From assembly GCA_031259325.1 (NCBI GenBank), contig JAIRLM010000003.1, positions 1 through 32,986 on the forward strand: a stretch of 32,986 nt of DNA, in the 5' to 3' direction. The first letter of the stretch is position 1, and the number at the start of each line of letters is the position of its first letter. Made by a program: the position numbers and the translations under genes. Source of the DNA: Puniceicoccales bacterium. Lineage in GTDB: Bacteria > Verrucomicrobiota > Verrucomicrobiia > Opitutales > JAIRLM01. Below the pieces are notes generated by a model, which was not told the DNA's origin, did not search any database, and worked only from the letters and a program-made list of their open reading frames with translations. This document shows, in pieces, positions 26,279 to 32,986 of this stretch.

Positions 26279-27256
26279 GACCTGGCCCACGCAAAATCCG
26301 CAAATAGTACCGCCTGGACAGAATTAGATAGACTCGTACGTGATGGTCTGTTTTACCGTCTAGACGTGGGCGCCGTTCGAAGTGTGCTCGGATTATTTCC
26401 TACTAGAGAGGGTGACATTGAAACGATTCGAGCGAATACGCTGGCGCTTCAACAGGAAATAACGGCTTTGCAGGCGGTAATAGTTACATACCGCAGAGCA
26501 CTTGAGCAACTAAGGGAAGTCAAGGGCATATGGGAGATGGAATTTTTAGGCAACGAATACGTACTACTCACATCGAAATGCATACAGAAGACCGACTATA
26601 GGTTGCTATGTATAATAGACGGTGTTCCCGAAGAGGAAGCCGAAGAGGTTCCTGGTATGACCAGGTATGAAGCCGCCCAGAACGTGCTGGAGGACATTAT
26701 TGAGCTACTCCAAGGTACAGGAGAGAACGTGTGTACCGGAAGACTACAAGCCGCAATTGTAGCCGTACAGCAGACGATAGATGCTGAAATGGAGGCGCGA
26801 AGGATCCAGGAAATACGACAGAGCATGATGCCCCAATATGGGCGCGTGTGTCTTGAATGCAGGACGTTGTGCAACACAGTTCAATGCATGACACGGTTTG
26901 CAAGCACGTTGGACCTCGCTCATATCACTGAGCTTATGCGTGTTGACAACATGGGAAACACAGTCGAAGAAATCCGAAGGACTATCGAAAGAATGCAGGC
27001 CGCAATACGGCTTTTTAATCGGATGCTCGTCAATGATCTAATTTGGCGTATCTTAGAAATGTTCATCGGTGAATTGAAGAAGCGTGGACTGGATCCAAAC
27101 CAAACTATAAAGGCGTATCGTGATTTTGCGGGTGACGTGGAGGCTAATGGCGGCGACGCATCGCCAGAAGCTCTGGAACCAGCGAGAGCCGAAGTGCTAA
27201 GGTTGAAGACGCTACTGCCCGATGTGCACAATAGACTTTTAGAGATGGACTATTGA
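26150..27256 (+). CDS. Hypothetical 368-aa coiled-coil-rich protein, candidate effector
   Basis: Long ORF with heptad-like segments (TLALQQEITALQAVI, VEEIRRTIERMQAAI). No signal peptide. Confidence 0.75.
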   Translation: MSMERIGGSVPHLAVGDSTAAIVLNPGLLPAVATERLAGAETVDLAHAKSANSTAWTELDRLVRDGLFYRLDVGAVRSVLGLFPTREGDIETIRANTLALQQEITALQAVIVTYRRALEQLREVKGIWEMEFLGNEYVLLTSKCIQKTDYRLLCIIDGVPEEEAEEVPGMTRYEAAQNVLEDIIELLQGTGENVCTGRLQAAIVAVQQTIDAEMEARRIQEIRQSMMPQYGRVCLECRTLCNTVQCMTRFASTLDLAHITELMRVDNMGNTVEEIRRTIERMQAAIRLFNRMLVNDLIWRILEMFIGELKKRGLDPNQTIKAYRDFAGDVEANGGDASPEALEPARAEVLRLKTLLPDVHNRLLEMDY

Positions 27257-27264
27257 ATTGAATA

Positions 27265-27525
27265 GACTTATTGCAAGAGTCGGAATCGCAATTCTCGGGC
27301 TCACGATCCGTGCGGCGGAGGATGATCATGAACGATTTTTTGCAAAAGTCTATTTTAACTTGCCAAGTCTGGCCACGTTGCAAGGCCCGCCAACTTATGA
27401 GCATAGGGAGAATAAGTGGGAATGTTCCACATCTCGCAGCAGGGGATGGCACGGTTGGTGTTATGTCGAACCCGGGACTTCTACCAGCAGCCGCGACGAA
27501 GCGCCTGGCCGAAGGGGAAGCCGTG
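27265..27525 (+). repeat. Direct repeat copy 2
   Basis: Diverged copy of 26016-26278, beginning 8 nt after the stop codon of 26150..27256. Confidence 0.92.
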
Positions 27526-27601
27526 CGTCGAGCAGAATGGACGACGGGAGATGGAATTTTTCGATAACAAACGGGTGCTGTTCCCAGCGAAATACCTGTA
27601 A
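27397..27601 (+). pseudogene. Internally deleted, frameshifted paralogue of 26150..27256
   Basis: 27 of the first 43 residues are identical to the upstream gene. GGGAGATGGAATTTTT at 27546 matches 26532 and gives EMEFFDNKRVLFPAKYL* versus EMEFLGNEYVLLTSKCIQ in a shifted frame. Confidence 0.8.
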
Positions 27602-27655
27602 GAGCTCTAATATCTCGATCTACTGGCGTAGGAACCTTTTTGCGAAAATTTGTGT

Positions 27656-28804
27656 CTATTCCACATCTTTGGCGAGTGATTGGCGGGTGCTGGGGCAACC
27701 GGCGCGCAGCCAACCGTTTATGAATAAATCCAAGTCGCCGTCCATGACCGCTTGAATATTACTCGTCTCGACCCCCGTGCGCAGGTCTTTCACCATTTGG
27801 TAGGGCTGAAAGACATAGCTGCGGATTTGGTATCCCCATCCAATTTCGCCCTTTGCGCCATAGAATTTTTCCAATGCGGACCGCTTTTCGTCCTGTCGCT
27901 GTTCGTAGATGCGGGCCCGCAGGACGCGGATGGCGGCCAATCGATTCTTTTGCTGGGACCGGTCGTTTTGACAGGTGACGACAATTCCGCTTGGCAAATG
28001 GGTGATGCGCACGGCGGATTCGGTTTTGTTCACGTGCTGGCCGCCCTTGCCGCTCGACCGATAGGTATCGACGCGCAGATCTTCGTCGCGGATTTCGATT
28101 TCTCCGTCATCCTCGATTTCAGCAATCACGTCCACGGAACAGAAAGATGTATGCCGGCGCTTGTTGGCGTCGAATGGGCTGATTCTCACGAGTCGGTGAA
28201 CACCCCGCTCCGCCTTGCAGTAACCATAGGCGTTTGTGCCGATGAGCCGAAAGGTTGCCCGGGAAATTCCCGCCTCGTCCCCCGATTGTATGTCTTGGAT
28301 TTCACATTGAAATTCCCGCAACGCCGCCCAGCGGGTGTACATGCGCAGTACCATTTCCGCCCAATCGCAGGCCTCCGTTCCACCGGCACCCGAGTGAATG
28401 GTCACGATGGCATTGCTATTATCATGGGGTCCGCGGAGAAAGGACTGGAGCTCAATGTCATCCATGCGCCTTTGCAGATCTTCGCACAAATGCACGACTT
28501 CCGAAAAATCCACAGAAGACTCCGGCGCCAATGTATCGGCCAGTAATTCGACGTAGGCCCGCAGGTCGCGCAGGTCACTTTCCAGGGCATCAAGCGGTGC
28601 CAGCGGATGACGCAGGTCATTTACTTCCTTGATGATACGCTGGGCCCGGTCCTGCGAATTCCAAAATTTCGGATCGGACATCACCGCCTCCAATTCTCCG
28701 ATGCGCCGCAGCCTTCGGTCCACGTCCAGAAAGACGCGTAGTCGGGCCAGGCGCCGTTCCAGGGCGGCACATTCACCGTTCAAATCTGCCCATGTTTCAA
28801 TCAC
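27656..28804 (-). CDS. prfB: Peptide chain release factor 2
   Basis: GAGGTEACDWA, ERGVHRLVRISPF (SPF specificity motif), GGQHVNKTESAVR, IRSYVFQPYQMVKDLRT. Single uninterrupted frame. Confidence 0.97.
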   Translation of the reverse strand: MIETWADLNGECAALERRLARLRVFLDVDRRLRRIGELEAVMSDPKFWNSQDRAQRIIKEVNDLRHPLAPLDALESDLRDLRAYVELLADTLAPESSVDFSEVVHLCEDLQRRMDDIELQSFLRGPHDNSNAIVTIHSGAGGTEACDWAEMVLRMYTRWAALREFQCEIQDIQSGDEAGISRATFRLIGTNAYGYCKAERGVHRLVRISPFDANKRRHTSFCSVDVIAEIEDDGEIEIRDEDLRVDTYRSSGKGGQHVNKTESAVRITHLPSGIVVTCQNDRSQQKNRLAAIRVLRARIYEQRQDEKRSALEKFYGAKGEIGWGYQIRSYVFQPYQMVKDLRTGVETSNIQAVMDGDLDLFINGWLRAGCPSTRQSLAKDVE

Positions 28805-28965
28805 GATGGTGCATATTTGTAATTATAATATTCTCCGATGGGCAATTCCGGATTTTGTGACCATGGGCGTGAAGGCCTCCAAACCGCGTAATTTCAGTTC
28901 CAAAGACGGATCCGCCGCCGGAACTCGGTTCTTTACATATCCCTGCGATTTCCAAGGATCCTCCG

Positions 28966-29865
28966 ATGAGTTTCTGCCCGATTTATAAGGATTCCACGGA
29001 GGCCAGCCGGGTTTACCTTTTGCCAAATCTGTTTACCGCGGGAAATTTATTTTGTGGATTTTTGGCGATTTTGCGATTTATCCAAGCCAAGTACGGCTCG
29101 CTGGTTGGGTATAACCCCGTGGAATATTACACCCAGGGTGTGTGGCTCATCGTGCTTGCCGCGATTTTGGATCTCTTCGACGGCCGCGTGGCCCGTTTAA
29201 GTGGCCGCATGTCACTCTTTGGCGCCGAGTTTGACTCACTTGCGGATCTTGTATCCTTCGGCGTCGCCCCGGCACTGCTCGTTTTTTTCCTCATTCTATC
29301 CCCGTCGCCGGGGAATTATCCGCAGTACCTGGATTCGGTATTTTTGAAATTTGGCTGGCTCATCGGCTTCATTTATTTGCTCTGCTGCGCCGCCAGGTTG
29401 GCCAGATTTAATGTGCTCATGACGCCGTTGCTTCCCCGCGGGGAAAAGTACATTGACGTGCACGATTCCATTGGGCTTCCCGTTCCAGCGGCGGCGGGGA
29501 TCATCATCTCCATCGCCATCATCCTCATACACGCGGAACTTTCCCCGCCATTTGCCGGATTACTGCTGCCGATTATGCTGCTCGTTTCCGTGCTAATGGT
29601 AAGCACCATTCCGTTCCCGGTGTTTAAGCATATCGCCTGGAACACGCGCACCCGATTCCGCACCTTCGTCGTGGTTGCAACCGTCGTGTCCATGATTGCA
29701 TTTCTCTCCGTCTACGCCATCGCCATTGTATTTTTCACCTACCTCGTGAGTAGCCTGTTTTTGCGCCGCCGACTCATCACCCGCTGGCCATTCCAAAAGG
29801 TGGCCAAGGTGCATAGGCTGATTTGCGAAAAGCGCAACCGCCGCGTTAATGGTGATTCGGTGTAG
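28966..29865 (+). CDS. pssA: CDP-diacylglycerol--serine O-phosphatidyltransferase
   Basis: LLPNLFTAGNLFCGF, the CDP-alcohol motif DLFDGRVAR...FGAEFDSLADLVSFGVAP, ARLARFN, GLPVPAAAG. Confidence 0.9.
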   Translation: MSFCPIYKDSTEASRVYLLPNLFTAGNLFCGFLAILRFIQAKYGSLVGYNPVEYYTQGVWLIVLAAILDLFDGRVARLSGRMSLFGAEFDSLADLVSFGVAPALLVFFLILSPSPGNYPQYLDSVFLKFGWLIGFIYLLCCAARLARFNVLMTPLLPRGEKYIDVHDSIGLPVPAAAGIIISIAIILIHAELSPPFAGLLLPIMLLVSVLMVSTIPFPVFKHIAWNTRTRFRTFVVVATVVSMIAFLSVYAIAIVFFTYLVSSLFLRRRLITRWPFQKVAKVHRLICEKRNRRVNGDSV

Positions 29866-30649
29866 CCACGCGCGCGCAGTCGATCCAGTCCAGGTATAGG
29901 GTAAATTTTGTTTTTGGTTTCCTCCCGTCGACGCCGTCCGGCGCAACGGGTTCCGCCTCAATGCCTTGCAATACAACCGGCATGGACCGCATTTTATTTA
30001 CGAACCTGCGAAATGTACCCGTGGAACAGCTGAACTGTAACCGGAATGAATATGCTCCGTCCCTTGGAAATTGAAAAAGTGGTACGAATTTTCGCGCGTC
30101 AAATAGGTCATTGGGAAAGCGTGCCAGTTCCCGCGATTCACCGGCTCGCTGAAGGGATATGAACTGCAAATCCCCGTCGGATATGCGAAACAGGGCCGTT
30201 AGCAAAAGGCGCGTGAGCTCCAACTGGTCCTGAATTTTCGCCGCGTCCCAGGCCATTCCCCGGCGTATGAAATCCGAAAAGCCAAATCGCGGCCCGTCGG
30301 CAAAGATAATCCCGGACGACACCGCCTCCTGTTCCAACCGGTGCATGGTTTCTATCAAATGGAAATAGGCATCGGTGGCGGTAACGGCGGGGCCCTCTCG
30401 GTGAAACTGGGCAAACGGATGCGCCTGCCAGGCTTTTGCAAATTCCTCCGTTAGTTGCCGTTGCCGGACAAGAGTTCCTCCGGCGACATTTCCAAGCCTC
30501 TGCCGCGTGTCCATTGCTTCCCGGTAGGTGGTAAGCAATTTCTGGTGCCGTACCCGCAACCGCATGTGGGCGACGGCCAAGAGCACAAACACAACGGCGA
30601 AGGCGACCCACAGAATGGTCCTGCGATGACTTTGTAACATGCGATTCAT
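29846..30649 (-). CDS. Amuc_1100-like / PilO-like type IV pilus alignment protein
   Basis: N-terminal TM anchor, coiled coil, then AYF...EAVSSGIIF...FGFSDF and FRLQFSCSTGTFRRFVNKM. Coupled (ATGA overlap) downstream of the PilM-like gene. Confidence 0.65.
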   Translation of the reverse strand: MNRMLQSHRRTILWVAFAVVFVLLAVAHMRLRVRHQKLLTTYREAMDTRQRLGNVAGGTLVRQRQLTEEFAKAWQAHPFAQFHREGPAVTATDAYFHLIETMHRLEQEAVSSGIIFADGPRFGFSDFIRRGMAWDAAKIQDQLELTRLLLTALFRISDGDLQFISLQRAGESRELARFPNDLFDARKFVPLFQFPRDGAYSFRLQFSCSTGTFRRFVNKMRSMPVVLQGIEAEPVAPDGVDGRKPKTKFTLYLDWIDCARVATPNHH

Positions 30650-32232
30650 GGCTTAAAATATTTGGCGTTCAATGTGATTGTGCATTGGAAGGGTTGCGCA
30701 CCCGGACGGGCCTCGGCAAGGGTTAGATTTCCCGTGGAACCAACAACGGGCAATGTTTCCAATTGTTCGAAGAACCGGCGAAATTTTGGTAAAATCTCCT
30801 CACCTTCATCGGCAAAGATACAACCGCCGATGGCAACTTCCCGCGGGGCGTCCCCGGATGATGACATCACCCGCAATTCGTCCAACCATCCATTCCCGCC
30901 GGCCACCAAAATATCCTGCAGTTCCTGGAACAGAGCCGTCCACGCCGCCTGGCAGGAGTGCACTTCGTTGGCCCGCTCCAATTGGGCGCGATATCCTTCC
31001 ATTTCCCCATTGAGTCGGCCGATGGACACCGCCGTTACTCTTTCTTCATCCGTTTTTTGGCGCAAACTGGCCAAATTCTGCCGCAATGCGTAATTTTGCG
31101 TCACGTGGTATAAATTTCCCAGCAGTAAAACACCGCATGCGACGGCACAGGCGGTTACTTTTGCGAGAAAACACCGGGCCTGCCGTTCCTTTTGCGCGAC
31201 CGCCGGGGGAACGACGACGGACGGATTGTCCATGGTTCCATTAAATAGCATTTCGGCACCGTGAAAAAGATGCATTCGGGTAATTTCATCCGGCACTTCT
31301 CCGGGAGCAGAAATTGGACACTTCCAGCTTTCGTTTACTACAATAACATTGGTCGGGTGTGTGAGATGTTTTTTAAGAAACCTAATCCAGGATCGACTTC
31401 CAGGTCTACTGCTAACAACGGCCATTTGGGTGTGGGGTCTTCCCTGAAGGCGGTGGAAGTAGTACAACTCGCATGTGTGAATTTCCGCCGCCAGTTCGTG
31501 AAAAAATTCATCCATCTTTTCCGCCAAATCTCCATTTCCAGAACAATCATTTTTTATCCAATCATCCCATTGGGCTTCGGCGTCCCCGTTCCCCAAAACG
31601 CGGGTCCATCCGTGGGGAAGACAGCGCGCGTAGGGGCGTTCACCGCCGGTAAAAACTAGAGAAATGGCTTCCTCGTCGATGCAGAGTTGGAGGAAATTTC
31701 CCGCATCCGCCGCCATGGCCGAGGAAAATTCAATGGCCAGTGGAACAAGCGCGCCTCTGGGATAGATTTTAGCGCGAAGAAACGCATCGAATATGGGCTT
31801 TACCTGCGACCAACGTTCCGCGAAAACGTAGGAGAGAAAGCGTTCGCCGGTGTCGTAGACGTGCAGGGGAAAAAAGTCCCAGGCAAATGCGTCCGATTTG
31901 ATGGGCAAATCCATTTCGATGGCGTCGGCGAGCATGATTCGACGCAAATCCGGCGCCACCGGGTGGTGTATGATGCACTTATGCAGTGGATGAATTTTTG
32001 GCAAAATGACGTGGCACCGATGCCGGCGAAATCCCTGGGGAACTTTGGCGAGCGCCGCGGCGAGGGATTCGGCCCCTCCATCGGCTAATGGTTGGGTAAA
32101 TATCCGTTTGATTTTGCAGGCACCCTTGGACCCTTCAGCGATGGCGGCCACAAGCCGACGCCGGCCGATGGAAATAATGGTCAACCGGCGTTTCATCCAG
32201 GGCATACTACACAGGCATTGGGGCAAACGCAT
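30646..32232 (-). CDS. Divergent PilM-PilN fusion (type IV pilus assembly protein)
   Basis: Actin-like N-terminal region (AIEMDLPIKSDAFAWDF; FHELAAEIHTCELYY), one TM helix, a coiled coil, and a PilN-like C-terminus (W..LFQELQDIL...WLDEL...F.CTITL). Confidence 0.65.
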   Translation of the reverse strand: MRLPQCLCSMPWMKRRLTIISIGRRRLVAAIAEGSKGACKIKRIFTQPLADGGAESLAAALAKVPQGFRRHRCHVILPKIHPLHKCIIHHPVAPDLRRIMLADAIEMDLPIKSDAFAWDFFPLHVYDTGERFLSYVFAERWSQVKPIFDAFLRAKIYPRGALVPLAIEFSSAMAADAGNFLQLCIDEEAISLVFTGGERPYARCLPHGWTRVLGNGDAEAQWDDWIKNDCSGNGDLAEKMDEFFHELAAEIHTCELYYFHRLQGRPHTQMAVVSSRPGSRSWIRFLKKHLTHPTNVIVVNESWKCPISAPGEVPDEITRMHLFHGAEMLFNGTMDNPSVVVPPAVAQKERQARCFLAKVTACAVACGVLLLGNLYHVTQNYALRQNLASLRQKTDEERVTAVSIGRLNGEMEGYRAQLERANEVHSCQAAWTALFQELQDILVAGGNGWLDELRVMSSSGDAPREVAIGGCIFADEGEEILPKFRRFFEQLETLPVVGSTGNLTLAEARPGAQPFQCTITLNAKYFKP

Positions 32233-32365
32233 GGGAAGACGCTAGCGTTGAATGATTCCTTGTAAACGATGAAAACAAAAACACCACGGCCACTATGACG
32301 GAGGAAACTCTACTACGCAATAAAACGACTACAAAACAGTAACGCGCAGCCAACGCCTACCATCC

Positions 32366-32830
32366 CTAGCCACGATGAGACCCGACGAGAGAATAAACCT
32401 CCGCCTGATCATCCGGAGATACCCCATTTACCTTAAGCGCACAGGAAAAAATACATCTAGATACATGCCATAAAATAAACCTCTCAAGTGGCTTCTTCGC
32501 CATTACCTCGCGCACCGCTTCGGGCACCAACTTTATGATGGCATCCCGGAACGATTGCTTTTCGCCTTCGCCGGTTACCGCATCCAGCCCATAAATAAAA
32601 AGTGCCAGCGCCGATAGCGAGGGAGCATTCCATATGGACACCGCCCGCATCAACGCCAAATCCACCTTCAGCGTAACCACACGCTCCAGCCGCGAAACCA
32701 GCGCCGCCTGCTTTTCCTCATTCCCTTCACACGCGCGGAACGCTTGCATAAATCGCACTATCGTCCGATCGTGCGTCTCACCCGCACGCGAAGCATCGAA
32801 GGTGCTACCAATAACCGCAGGACTCAACAT
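32366..32830 (-). CDS. Hypothetical 154-aa helical protein
   Basis: ATG preceded by GAAGAGG. No motif. Confidence 0.65.
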   Translation of the reverse strand: MLSPAVIGSTFDASRAGETHDRTIVRFMQAFRACEGNEEKQAALVSRLERVVTLKVDLALMRAVSIWNAPSLSALALFIYGLDAVTGEGEKQSFRDAIIKLVPEAVREVMAKKPLERFILWHVSRCIFSCALKVNGVSPDDQAEVYSLVGSHRG

Positions 32831-32986
32831 ACCTATGCCTCTTCACTCTTTAATGATGCCAAGTTTCCTTCCAATAAAACGAAAGAAAACAGTTATTTTT
32901 TCGCAAATGGCCACCATCTTACTCCACGCTGTGGCTCCGATCGACCGGTGCGCGCTGGGCTTTTTTTTTCCGTGCCACCCACAGCC

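Noticed and set aside
27258-27755. 165-aa plus-strand ORF and 189-aa minus-strand ORF across repeat copy 2
   Set aside because: These frames are not preserved in copy 1. The conserved frame is the one starting at ATG 27397.
27752-28546. 264-aa ORF antisense to prfB, and similar ORFs opposite hppA, pgi and rarA
   Set aside because: Typical shadow ORFs of GC-rich conserved genes, with no independent motifs.
1-32986. Alternative genetic code
   Set aside because: Conserved genes are uninterrupted under the standard code and end at TAA, TAG and TGA at the expected positions; RF2 is intact.

Overview
This 33 kb bacterial chromosomal window most likely comes from a host-associated member of Verrucomicrobiota (Opitutia/Puniceicoccales-like). 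That assignment is inferred from the Amuc_1100-like/PilM-PilN pair, a PTS-EIIA–diadenylate cyclase fusion and rodA-rne linkage. Housekeeping genes (hppA, skp, pyrH, pgi, rsmI, fmt, rarA, rodA, rne/rng, prfB, pssA, a putative Na+/H+ antiporter) are mostly detached from their usual operons and interspersed with orphan genes. The main signal is a dispersed type III secretion system: a YscC/HrcC-family secretin coupled to a CesT/SycE-like chaperone, plus several orphan ORFs with no signal peptide and similar Ser/Gly-rich N-termini. Among those orphans are a repeat-containing protein with a macrodomain/PARG-like C-terminus and a tandemly duplicated upstream-region-plus-N-terminus cassette whose second copy has decayed. 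The window also holds a 43-aa glycine-zipper peptide missed by the ORF track and paired with a second glycine-zipper protein, two toxin-antitoxin modules, an IS630 remnant, and a prfB lacking its programmed frameshift. No rRNA, tRNA or CRISPR array was recognised. All family calls rest on motif recognition by eye; no database searches were run.
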